DNA of 64,000 nucleotides, from the NCBI GenBank assembly GCA_050251945.1, contig JBFWLW010000012.1, positions 1 through 64,000 on the forward strand, in the 5' to 3' direction. Below the pieces are notes generated by a model. It saw nothing but the letters and a program-made list of their open reading frames with translations. It had not been told where the DNA came from and made no database searches. The DNA comes from Deferribacterales bacterium (lineage in GTDB: Bacteria; Chrysiogenota; Deferribacteres; Deferribacterales; Geovibrionaceae). The translations under genes and the position numbers were made by a program. Shown piece after piece: positions 17,336 through 26,113 of this stretch. Within the stretch, counting starts at the first letter, position 1. Each line of letters starts with the position of its first letter.

Positions 17336-18754
17336 ATGAACTACTTATCACTCTTTTCTGGTATCGAAGCGGCAAGCGTGGCTTGGGGTGTCCTCGGGTG
17401 GCAACCCGTTGCATTTGCGCAGTACGACCCCGAACACGACTACAGCAAGGGCTTGGACTATCCGAGCAGAGTTTTACAACACCATTACCCAGCCGTGCCG
17501 AACCTCGGCGACGTAACTAAAATTACGGAGGAAACTATAAATGGATTACGCGTTAGACCTGACGTTGTTGTTGGAGGCAGTCCCTGTCAATCCTTCAGTG
17601 TCGCCGGACTTAGAAACGGCATCAACGATCCTCGCGGCAACCTCGCTCTTGAGTTTTTGCGGATCGTTGATGCCGCAAGACCTCGCTGGGTACTCTATGA
17701 AAACGTCCCCGGCCTGTTATTGTCTGGCGGAGGACGTGATTTCGGGATCTTTCTCAGCACGTTGGGCGAGTGCGGGTATGGGTACGCATACCGAGTGCTG
17801 GACGCACAGTTTTTCGGAGTACCACAGCGCCGCAGAAGAGTCTTTGTTGTCGGACATCTTGGAGATTGGCGACCTGCCGCCGCGGTTCTATTTGAGCCCG
17901 AAGGCATGTCGGGGGATTTTGCTCCGCGCAAAAAACCGCGAGAGAGAGTTGCCGCATACACTGAAAGCCGCTTTGGAATGTATAGTGAAGGATGCGGAAC
18001 ATTACGAAGAAAAGGCGGTACGCAGGGCGATGGCTCGGAAACGCTCGTAGTGCATGGTACTCAAGACCCAATAACTGCCACGGAAACAGCATTTCCGCTC
18101 GGACGCAACAACGGACAGGAAAATGTGTTATGTTTCGATGCGCGGTGCAACGGCGACGGGAATACAGTTAACACGCTCACGGGTGACCACGCCGGACGAC
18201 CGACAGATTACACGCCTGTTATCGTCGCGATTCAGGCGAACATGATAAACCGCTCTGATAAAGCTGGTCCAAACGGCAAAGGATACAGTGAGGATGGAAC
18301 GATGTTCACTCTCACTAGAAAAGATCAGCACGCAGTTGCTATCTGCGATGCACCGCAGGCTTTCGCACAGAACACGCGGGACGAGGTACGGTATATCGGC
18401 GGCGATGGGCAGACTGTAGGCACTCTCTGTTCCGGAGTCGGAGCGAAACAACAGACGTATATTCGGCATGGGTTCACTGTCCGCCGCCTCACGCCGCTGG
18501 AATGTGAGCGCTTGCAGGGATTCCCCGACGGATACACGAGGATCCCCGAAAAGGTGCTGGCATCGAAGCCACGAACAAAGCATTTCGAGCGATTCCCAGA
18601 CATGTACGGCGAAAACCCGGACGGAACGTGGACAAAGTACGCGTGCGACAGCCACCGTTATGCGGCTTTAGGCAACAGCAAAAACACATATGTTGTCCGC
18701 TGGCTCGGTCGCCGCATCGAGTTTGTCGAAAGCGTTATGAGAGGTGAAGTATGA
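17336..18754 (+). CDS. DNA (cytosine-5)-methyltransferase
   Basis: SLFSGIE (I), GGSPCQSFS (IV), ENV (VI), PQRRRRVF (VIII), RRLTPLECERLQGFP (IX), RYAALGNS (X). Confidence 0.93.
   Translation: MNYLSLFSGIEAASVAWGVLGWQPVAFAQYDPEHDYSKGLDYPSRVLQHHYPAVPNLGDVTKITEETINGLRVRPDVVVGGSPCQSFSVAGLRNGINDPRGNLALEFLRIVDAARPRWVLYENVPGLLLSGGGRDFGIFLSTLGECGYGYAYRVLDAQFFGVPQRRRRVFVVGHLGDWRPAAAVLFEPEGMSGDFAPRKKPRERVAAYTESRFGMYSEGCGTLRRKGGTQGDGSETLVVHGTQDPITATETAFPLGRNNGQENVLCFDARCNGDGNTVNTLTGDHAGRPTDYTPVIVAIQANMINRSDKAGPNGKGYSEDGTMFTLTRKDQHAVAICDAPQAFAQNTRDEVRYIGGDGQTVGTLCSGVGAKQQTYIRHGFTVRRLTPLECERLQGFPDGYTRIPEKVLASKPRTKHFERFPDMYGENPDGTWTKYACDSHRYAALGNSKNTYVVRWLGRRIEFVESVMRGEV
17541..18050 (+). CDS. Overprinted alternative-frame ORF (M.EcoHK31I beta-like candidate)
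   Basis: 169 codons inside the C5 MTase in another frame; GGAGG at 17527-17531, 9 nt before ATG; ESLLSDILE..PRFYLSPKACRGILLRA. Confidence 0.6.
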   Translation: MDYALDLTLLLEAVPVNPSVSPDLETASTILAATSLLSFCGSLMPQDLAGYSMKTSPACYCLAEDVISGSFSARWASAGMGTHTECWTHSFSEYHSAAEESLLSDILEIGDLPPRFYLSPKACRGILLRAKNRERELPHTLKAALECIVKDAEHYEEKAVRRAMARKRS

Positions 18755-19596
18755 TTCCATACGTCGGCGGCAAGTCCGCGCTTACAGACTGGATAATCGG
18801 GACGTTCCCGGAGCACCGCGCATTTGTCGAGGTTTTCGGCGGCGCTGGCTGGGTCACTCTGGCAAAGTCTCCGTCCGATGTCGAGGTGTACAACGACATA
18901 GACGATGCGCTCATCAACCTGTTCCGTGTTGTTCGCGACACTCAAAAGTCAAAAGAGTTTCTGCGGCGGGCAAAATGGATGCTCCACTCTCGCGCGGAAC
19001 AACTGACCATGAGAAAAATATACCAGGACGACACCGCAAAAGACGACATTGATAAGGCTCTGGCATTTGCGTACTACATGACATGCTCTCGAAGCGGCAA
19101 ACGCAAGGGCATGAGCTTTAAGCTCAACAAGTCCGACAACGCTACCGCACCCGCCAGCTGGCAAAGTTTTCTCCGGCGCATAGTCGAGACAAGAAACAGA
19201 CTGCGCCCCGTTATCATCGAGAGCCTTGATTATGCCGACCTCGTTATGCGGTACGACAGTCCGGACACGCTTTACTATCTTGACCCGCCATACATCAAGT
19301 CCGACTATTACTACTGTGTGAACTGGAAATCAGCAGACCATGAACGGCTTGCTGGCGTTCTCCGTAACATAAAAGGCAAGTTCGTTCTCAGCTATTACGA
19401 CGGCGCCTATGTCAGGTCGCTTTATCCTGGTTCTCATTTCCTGACGAAAGAATCTGTCGTCAAGGTGTGGCACAGCCACGGCGGCGACGGCTCGGAAACA
19501 AAGCCGAGGTCAACGGAACTGCTGATAACAAACTTTCAACCGATGGTCGGCGGACAGCTCACAATTGAACACTACATGTCAGAGGTGCAGCGATGA
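18751..19596 (+). CDS. Dam-family (D12) DNA adenine methyltransferase
   Basis: PYVGGKS, FVEVFGGAG, YNDID, YLDPPY. Confidence 0.92.
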   Translation: MIPYVGGKSALTDWIIGTFPEHRAFVEVFGGAGWVTLAKSPSDVEVYNDIDDALINLFRVVRDTQKSKEFLRRAKWMLHSRAEQLTMRKIYQDDTAKDDIDKALAFAYYMTCSRSGKRKGMSFKLNKSDNATAPASWQSFLRRIVETRNRLRPVIIESLDYADLVMRYDSPDTLYYLDPPYIKSDYYYCVNWKSADHERLAGVLRNIKGKFVLSYYDGAYVRSLYPGSHFLTKESVVKVWHSHGGDGSETKPRSTELLITNFQPMVGGQLTIEHYMSEVQR

Positions 19597-20150
19597 GCTT
19601 GAATAAAGGTCATTTGACAGCAAATAGAGATACTCAGTCTGATGAAATGTATACGCCGTATTATGCGGCAGAGCCGATCGTCAAGTATATCAATCCGGCA
19701 CTGACAGTTTGGTGCCCATTTGACAAAGAATGGAGCGCATACGTCCGCATGTTTAGCAAGAACGGTAATCAAGTGATAGCTACCCACATTGACGACGGGC
19801 AGGACTTTTTCACATATGAGCCTGAGCACTATGATGTGATTATCAGCAACCCGCCCTTTTCTAAAAAAGATGCCGTGTTGAAGCGGCTTTACGAACTTAA
19901 TAAACCGTTTGCCGTTTTACTTCCGCTGAACAGTTTACAGGGAAAGGGTCGTTTTGAGATCTTCAAACAGGGGGGGGCTCAGATGCTTGTCTTTGATTCT
20001 CGGTGCGGATTTCATAACCCAGTTAGCATTGATAAAACAGTTGAAAATACACCGTTTGCCTGCGCTTACTTCTGCCGTGGCTTATTGCCATGCGACCTGA
20101 TTTTTGAGCAACTTAAACGCTATAAAAAGCCTCTGGAGGTACAGTCGTGA
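19593..20150 (+). CDS. Small phage amino-methyltransferase (NPPF type)
   Basis: DEMYTP, VWCPFD, GQDFF, IISNPPFSKK. Confidence 0.8.
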   Translation: MSLNKGHLTANRDTQSDEMYTPYYAAEPIVKYINPALTVWCPFDKEWSAYVRMFSKNGNQVIATHIDDGQDFFTYEPEHYDVIISNPPFSKKDAVLKRLYELNKPFAVLLPLNSLQGKGRFEIFKQGGAQMLVFDSRCGFHNPVSIDKTVENTPFACAYFCRGLLPCDLIFEQLKRYKKPLEVQS

Positions 20151-20404
20151 ACAATCCTGAGCTTGTGAAACTGCGGACGCTGAACGCAGGCGAACGCTTT
20201 ATATTCAGGTGCTATGCGAAGGGTGTCGATGAACCCGTATACGAATACACGGGAACATTCGGACGTGTGTACGAAAAGAACTCAGACTATTGCGTCGTAA
20301 AAGCAGATGGAGACGAAAAAGCGGGCCTGGAACCGAGCTACTGGCTCGTTGAAAAGATAGAAAATGAGCAGAAAGGACTTGATACCGTGCCGCACCAGAG
20401 TTAG
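20147..20404 (+). CDS. Hypothetical phage protein
   Basis: GGAGG SD, GTGA overlap. Confidence 0.55.
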   Translation: MNNPELVKLRTLNAGERFIFRCYAKGVDEPVYEYTGTFGRVYEKNSDYCVVKADGDEKAGLEPSYWLVEKIENEQKGLDTVPHQS

Positions 20405-20634
20405 TGTCGGATATAATAAAAAACGGAGTAACAACAATGAATAATGAAAAAATGGAAGCAGAATTCAACGAAGTTAAAGAAAGAGCTTTAATGCTTGCAA
20501 ATAAAATTACAGAAGGGATTAACAAGTCATACGCCACCCCCGACTGGGTCTCTGTTGACGAACTGCTATACATCTCCGCTCGTTTGCAAGAGATAAGCGA
20601 TTCCGTGAATGGTGAGGGCGAACATGCTGAATAA
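20404..20634 (+). CDS. Hypothetical phage protein
   Basis: ORF in operon; the true start may be the internal MNNEKM. Confidence 0.5.
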   Translation: MSDIIKNGVTTMNNEKMEAEFNEVKERALMLANKITEGINKSYATPDWVSVDELLYISARLQEISDSVNGEGEHAE

Positions 20635-21043
20635 CTGGATGATCACAGTTCCGCGCCCACTCGCGGGGGATTTTCTTCGCGAGGTGGAGGATGGCAAACG
20701 TGAGCCGCTGACAAAGCGGTTCAGAGTTCCGCCGCACATCAAAAACGTGCAACCCGGCGACCGTATGTATGTTGTGTTTCATGGACGTGTCAGGGGCTAC
20801 ATGACTGTCCTTTGGAACTACGTTGTCGAGGACTATGCAGAGTGCCGGACAACAGGTCGTTGTCTCTCGCCGGGGCGATACATCGGGTGCGATATCTCCG
20901 GCTATGTTGCAATCGAAAACGGTGAGACAATGCAGGGCTTCCGTGGTATAAAAAAGGTGACTATTCCATCTTATAGCGAATTTGTAACAGACATTTTGTC
21001 GTCGCTGGAGCAAGCCGTTTCCGTCGAAACCGAAGAGGTGTAA
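20624..21043 (+). CDS. Hypothetical protein, possible ASCH/PUA-like fold
   Basis: VQPGDRMYVVFHGRVRGYMTV..MQGFRG pattern. Confidence 0.5.
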   Translation: MLNNWMITVPRPLAGDFLREVEDGKREPLTKRFRVPPHIKNVQPGDRMYVVFHGRVRGYMTVLWNYVVEDYAECRTTGRCLSPGRYIGCDISGYVAIENGETMQGFRGIKKVTIPSYSEFVTDILSSLEQAVSVETEEV

Positions 21044-21045
21044 TT

Positions 21046-21369
21046 ATGCTAATGCAAAAAGCTGTTCAGCAAGCGTTGATTGAGGAAGAACGGTTTCTTA
21101 TACTCGCCGCCGAATACGGCTTTAACGAAGAAGAAAGAAAAGTTATCAGAGACTATATGCGCCATTTGGCAATGACGACTATTGATAGCTATAGCGTTGT
21201 GTTAGACAGAAAAGGAGGGTATCTTCTGAACGGGTTATCAATAAGAAATGGCACTCATCTTCTTGACGAAGTTGGTTTGATTATCAGGAACGGTGAAGAC
21301 CCTTTCAGGAAAATGCAGGAGATTGTATCAGAGTTTAACGGGAGAAAAGAAAATGCACGGAATAAATAA
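21046..21369 (+). CDS. Hypothetical protein with one copy of a ~60-aa repeat domain
   Basis: IRDYMRHLA..YSVVLDRKGGYL..GLIIRNGEDPFRKMQEI. Confidence 0.7.
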   Translation: MLMQKAVQQALIEEERFLILAAEYGFNEEERKVIRDYMRHLAMTTIDSYSVVLDRKGGYLLNGLSIRNGTHLLDEVGLIIRNGEDPFRKMQEIVSEFNGRKENARNK

Positions 21370-21895
21370 AGGTTTTTTCCAAGAGAAGATCCCAGAAGAG
21401 ATAGACGGGATCATGATTATTGAAGAAGAATATCTTTTGCTCTTGTCAGACAAGGGCTTTACTACAGATAAACTTAGAATCATGAGAGAATATATTTATC
21501 AATTATCAGCGACAACTTGCGAGCGCTATAGTGTTGTTGCGGATAGAGAAGGATATCATCTCGCTATCGGTATCTTGCGTAATGACGAAGATCACCTTAA
21601 AGCCGCTGGATTGATTCTCGAACCGGGTGAAGACACTTTTGAAAAAATGCAGGAAAACATAGATAAACTTAAAATGATGAGAGAATATATTCGTAGATTA
21701 TCAGATAGATGTAAGCACTATGGTTTTGTTTCGGATAAAAAAGGAGATCATCTCGCATACGGTATCTTGCGCAACGATGATGATCATCTTAAAGCCGCTG
21801 GATTGATTCTCGAACCGGGTGAAGACGCTTTTGAAAAAATGCTGGAAATCATGGACGATTTGGATAAGGAGGATAATGGTGGGCGAAACAGATAA
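21353..21895 (+). CDS. Hypothetical protein with two copies of the same domain
   Basis: MREYI..GILRND(E/D)DHLKAAGLILEPGED.FEKM twice; DNA duplication ~21465-21650 and ~21660-21842. Confidence 0.75.
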   Translation: MHGINKGFFQEKIPEEIDGIMIIEEEYLLLLSDKGFTTDKLRIMREYIYQLSATTCERYSVVADREGYHLAIGILRNDEDHLKAAGLILEPGEDTFEKMQENIDKLKMMREYIRRLSDRCKHYGFVSDKKGDHLAYGILRNDDDHLKAAGLILEPGEDAFEKMLEIMDDLDKEDNGGRNR

Positions 21896-22166
21896 ATATA
21901 CGTTATTCATTGATGGCAAGGAATTTAAGGGTCAAGTCGTAACATTGCCGGAAACTGACCCCGAAGCCGCACCCTTTCCGCTGGGGTTGCCCGAATTGTC
22001 GGGCAGTTTGACATTGCCTGAACTTCCGGCTCCGTGTGCGATAAGCCATTCTGCTATAATGATGCGCGCGATAAATCCCGCCGGATATGCCGCCGCGAAA
22101 AAAGATTTGGAAACCAGAGCGGGGTATTGATTACAACATTTTTTTAAACTTTTTTCATTTTACCCC

Positions 22167-22195
22167 TTGACATACCGAATAATATTCGGTATATT
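22167..22195 (+). promoter_or_regulatory. Strong sigma70 promoter with a perfect operator
   Basis: TTGACA (22167-22172), 17 bp, TATATT (22190-22195); ATACCGAATA-A-TATTCGGTAT at 22172-22192. Confidence 0.8.
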
Positions 22196-22235
22196 CACTT
22201 TATCAAGAGCGGAACACCGCAGAAAGGAGAAAAAA

Positions 22236-22475
22236 ATGAGAGTAGTGAAAGTAACAAAAGAAACGAACACGATCAACGAAAATGAAATGAGAATGGAAAC
22301 AGAAACAACCGATCTTTTCTCTATCAAGTGTGGCGATATATCGTCACACATTTACCACTCGCTTGTGCTTGAGAATGTTTCGAAAGATGGGCTTAAAAAG
22401 CTGGAAGATGCAATAAATGAACACGGGAGAGAGAACATCCGCGTTAATGGCAAGCTCTTAGATTATATTAAATAA
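22236..22475 (+). CDS. Small moron protein
   Basis: AAGGAG SD, ATG 22236, AT-rich, followed by a hairpin. Confidence 0.7.
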   Translation: MRVVKVTKETNTINENEMRMETETTDLFSIKCGDISSHIYHSLVLENVSKDGLKKLEDAINEHGRENIRVNGKLLDYIK

Positions 22476-22503
22476 AAAAGGCGGCTGTTTAAGCCACCTT
22501 TTT
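22475..22503 (+). terminator. Intrinsic terminator-like hairpin
   Basis: AAAAAGGCGGCT-GTTTA-AGCCACCTTTTT. Confidence 0.55.
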
Positions 22504-22588
22504 AAAGAACTTTTCTAGTTCGTTTCAACTCACAGGGGCGACCGCAATCGCCCCTGACTTTCTTAAATAATAACACACAGGTGGAGAA

Positions 22589-22834
22589 ATGGAAATAAAA
22601 GTTTCAGCAACAGAGTTAAAAAAAATCCTTGAGCTTACAAATAAAGAGATTGCAGAGGCTCTGGGCAAGAGCGAGAGAGCAATCGAAATGTATTTTTCAA
22701 AAGCAACATCCCAAAACAACAGAGATATGCCCGAAGCTGATAAGAGATTGTTGATCTTACGATATAAGATAAAAGAGAAAGGGCTTGATCCTGATGAGCT
22801 TATAAACGAATTTTACGAAGATGAGGGGCTTTAA
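22589..22834 (+). CDS. HTH DNA-binding protein (likely moron autoregulator)
   Basis: LTNKEIAEALGKSERAIEMY; GGAG SD. Confidence 0.7.
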   Translation: MEIKVSATELKKILELTNKEIAEALGKSERAIEMYFSKATSQNNRDMPEADKRLLILRYKIKEKGLDPDELINEFYEDEGL

Positions 22835-23012
22835 CTCCGCTTTCCCCCGCGTGGCGGGGGAAACACCCCCGCCATCCCCCTGTTCCCGCGCCTGAAAATC
22901 TGATAAAATAATTCGCCATATTTAACTATATTCTCCGTATTCTCCATGTTCACCATGTTCGCTGGTCGGTTCCGCAAATTATTGTATGTTTGCGCTATAA
23001 GGAGCGGCAAAC

Positions 23013-23222
23013 ATGGCAATATCAAAAGCAACAGCACAGGAAATGCTTGATCTCTGGTTGAAAGCTGATAAAGCCGTCGCACTGAATCAGGAGTACAAAA
23101 TCGGCGACAGGACATACACCCGCGCCGATGCCGATGTTATCACCGAAAAAATCACATACTACTCAGATATAGTCGACAGTTATACCCCAAAACGCTCAAG
23201 GGTCAGCAGGGTGGTGTACTGA
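23013..23222 (+). CDS. gpW-like head-tail joining protein
   Basis: NQEYKIGDRTYTRAD; AAGGAG SD; directly before the portal. Confidence 0.75.
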   Translation: MAISKATAQEMLDLWLKADKAVALNQEYKIGDRTYTRADADVITEKITYYSDIVDSYTPKRSRVSRVVY

Positions 23223-24664
23223 TGGGCGTTCTTGTAGATTTTCCCCCAACACACAAAGATATTTCGCCGTTCAAGGGTGCATCTATAGCTGAATCTTTCG
23301 GCAAGATGTGGCTTACATACACAGCAACAGCTGATGAAGAGGTTCTTTCAAGTCTCGAAATGTTAAGGGCGCGGAGCCGCTATCTCTGTAAAAACGATGT
23401 ATCCGGAGGGATGATCGAAAACCTTGTAACGAACGTTGTCGGCACAGGGTTGCGTCTCGATATCACGCTCGACAACGAGTTGCTGGGGATATCCGAAGCA
23501 GACGCGGCGACATGGAGCCGCAATGTTGAGCGTCGTTTTCAGGTCTGGGCATCAAGCCCCGAACCCGATATCGAAAACAAAAGGTCTTTTTATACGATTC
23601 AGAGAAACGGTTTCCGTTCAATGCTAATCGATGGTGATGCAATCGCATTGCTGACAAATATAGAGCGCATGGGGAGTATTTCCTCTCTCCGCGTAAACAC
23701 CATCGATGCGGCGCGCGTACAGTCGTCGGTTAGCGCATCGGGCATCATAAAAGATTCAAACGGCATGCCAGTAAAAATGGTTGTACAGAATCCCACAGAT
23801 AACACTATCCGCACAGTTAATATTTATCACGAACTAGGACTTAGAAACATAGTCCACAGTTATATTGATGTGCTTATCGGTCAGAGCCGCGGTTTGCCGT
23901 TTATACAGTCGATCATCTCCCGCATGCGCAAACTTGAAAAATATTCCGAGGCTGAACTCGGTGCCGCTGTAATAACTTCCCTCCTTGTGCTCGCGTTCGA
24001 GAAAGCCCCGTCAAACGGCGGGGCTGCGGACGCATTCAAAGAACTACTTACGGGTAAATCTGGCGACGGAAAAGAGCAAAAAGGGCGTGATATACATATG
24101 ACAGAGGGGATGCAGATTGATCTTGAACCCGGTGAGAAGATACAGACAGTAAAATCCGACCGCCCGAACAGCGGGTACGGCACATTTGTAGAATCGGTAT
24201 GGAAAGAGATATCAATAGCGTTGAACGTCCCATATGAAATCCTTACAAAACAATTCGGTAAATCCTATTCCGCATCTCGCGGAGCAATACATGAAGCATA
24301 CAAATACTTTCTGGCAATGCGCGACCAGTTTGCCAGTGAGTTTGTCCAACCGATTTACGAGCGCTGGCTCTTTGAAGAGGTAGCTGAAGGGCGCGTTGTT
24401 GCGCCGGGGTATCTTACTGATGCCTTCCTTCGGCGTCTCTGGTCTGCTGCCCGTTGGGTAGGCCCCCCGAAAAGCGCGCTGGACGAAAACAAAGAAGCGT
24501 CTGCCGCCAAGACCCGTATAGGAACCGGATACAGCACACTGAAAAAAGAAGCCGCAGCGTTTGACGGTAGCAACTATGAAGATGTTTACGCACAGCGCAA
24601 ACGTGAAGCCGAAAAAGAAAGAGATCTGGAGGCTATCAAAAATGAATCTTTATCTTACAAGTGA
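23222..24664 (+). CDS. Portal protein, lambda family
   Basis: LRARSRYL, NVVGTG, GQSRGLP, VPYEILT..SYSASR, LDENKE. Confidence 0.93.
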   Translation: MGVLVDFPPTHKDISPFKGASIAESFGKMWLTYTATADEEVLSSLEMLRARSRYLCKNDVSGGMIENLVTNVVGTGLRLDITLDNELLGISEADAATWSRNVERRFQVWASSPEPDIENKRSFYTIQRNGFRSMLIDGDAIALLTNIERMGSISSLRVNTIDAARVQSSVSASGIIKDSNGMPVKMVVQNPTDNTIRTVNIYHELGLRNIVHSYIDVLIGQSRGLPFIQSIISRMRKLEKYSEAELGAAVITSLLVLAFEKAPSNGGAADAFKELLTGKSGDGKEQKGRDIHMTEGMQIDLEPGEKIQTVKSDRPNSGYGTFVESVWKEISIALNVPYEILTKQFGKSYSASRGAIHEAYKYFLAMRDQFASEFVQPIYERWLFEEVAEGRVVAPGYLTDAFLRRLWSAARWVGPPKSALDENKEASAAKTRIGTGYSTLKKEAAAFDGSNYEDVYAQRKREAEKERDLEAIKNESLSYK

Positions 24665-25754
24665 TAATGCCGCTGCCGAAGCAGTGCATAAGCTGTTATC
24701 AACACATACAGAAGTAACCGTTACGGATGGGGTGACAGTCGAAGACCTCGACATCATCAACGGAGTAGCGGTTATCCGTGTCGCCGGACTTCTGACCCCT
24801 TACAGATACTGGGAAAGCACTATGTATACTGGGATGAACTTTCTGAGAGCTAAACTGCAATACGCTGCCAACTCTCCGGATGTTCGTGAAATCGTTCTTG
24901 AAATTGATTCCCCCGGCGGGGCGGCTGTGGGCATAGACGAAACTGCCGCATATATCCGCAAAATATCAGAAACAAAAAAGGTCACTGCTTTTGTGTCGGG
25001 AGTGTGTGCCAGTGCTGCCTATTGGCTGGCATGCGCATGCTCTGAGATAGTGGCAACACGCACCGGGCAGCTCGGGAGCATCGGCGTTGTTATCAGCATG
25101 TTTAAGATGGGTGATTTCATCGCAACGGTAACATCAAAGCAGAGCCCGAACAAGAGCCTGACTCTCGAAACCGATGAGGGAAAAAAGCTCTATCAACAGA
25201 GAGCCGATGATCTTGCCGACATTTTCATAAATGCAGTTGCTGAATACAGAAAAATGAAGGCAGAGGAGGTTATCAAAGCGGGTGATAGCGGGAACGTGCT
25301 TATAGCATCAAAAGCCGTTGAAAACGGACTTGCTGATAGAATATCCACTCTGAACGAGTTGCTGAACATAAAGAATACGGAGGACAACAACATCATGGAT
25401 ATCAACGAACTGAAAGAAAAACACAAGTCGGTTTATGCCCAGGCCGCTGCCGACGGCGTAGAAGCTGAAAAGAAAAGACAGAGCGATATCAGGGCGCTGT
25501 CTCTGCCGGGATACGAAGACCTGATAGAAGCGGCACTGAACGATACGAAGCAGACCGCTGCGGCGGTTTCTGTGGAGATGATACAGCGACAGAAAACAAA
25601 GGGCAAAGACGTGCTTAAAACTCTGAAACAGAAAAGTGAAGATGCTGTACTGGCTGTTGAAACCGACCCCGCCGCAGAGGAACCCAATGCAAAAGCTGTT
25701 GCTGATGCGAAAGCCGAAGACGGTGCCTATGCCTTTATGACCGGAGGTAAATGA
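24642..25754 (+). CDS. S49 head maturation protease with scaffold-like C-terminus
   Basis: IDSPGG, CASAAYWLA, GSIGV. Confidence 0.9.
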   Translation: MNLYLTSDNAAAEAVHKLLSTHTEVTVTDGVTVEDLDIINGVAVIRVAGLLTPYRYWESTMYTGMNFLRAKLQYAANSPDVREIVLEIDSPGGAAVGIDETAAYIRKISETKKVTAFVSGVCASAAYWLACACSEIVATRTGQLGSIGVVISMFKMGDFIATVTSKQSPNKSLTLETDEGKKLYQQRADDLADIFINAVAEYRKMKAEEVIKAGDSGNVLIASKAVENGLADRISTLNELLNIKNTEDNNIMDINELKEKHKSVYAQAAADGVEAEKKRQSDIRALSLPGYEDLIEAALNDTKQTAAAVSVEMIQRQKTKGKDVLKTLKQKSEDAVLAVETDPAAEEPNAKAVADAKAEDGAYAFMTGGK

Positions 25755-26113
25755 TGAGCGGAATAAGAAGAGAAACTTTTGAAGATGTCCAGCTGATCAG
25801 CGGACGTTTTCCCTACCACTCTCATGTTGTAACGGTCGAATCCGGACAGAATCTTTCCCGCGGGGCAGTTCTCGGAAAAGTGACTGCATCGGGCAAGTAT
25901 AAACTGTCCGCCTCGGCGGCGACAGATGGAAGCCAGACAGCAGTTGTAATACTCGCAGAAGACGTTGACGCAACGTCGGCAGACACCGACGCTATCGTGC
26001 TGATAACTGCCTCTGTTGTAGCTGACGCACTCATATACGGCGAAGGACACACACAGGAAACAGTGTGGGAATCTCTCGCCGCAAACTCAATTTATATCAT
26101 CGAGGTGCTTTAA
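25751..26113 (+). CDS. Head decoration protein (gpD-like)
   Basis: GQNLSRGAVLGK..ATDGSQTAVVILAEDVDAT. Confidence 0.85.
   Translation: MMSGIRRETFEDVQLISGRFPYHSHVVTVESGQNLSRGAVLGKVTASGKYKLSASAATDGSQTAVVILAEDVDATSADTDAIVLITASVVADALIYGEGHTQETVWESLAANSIYIIEVL

Noticed and set aside
21465..21842. Near-duplicate DNA blocks as a DGR template/variable repeat pair
   Set aside because: Differences involve non-adenine positions and an indel, both copies are in one reading frame, and no reverse transcriptase is present in the window.
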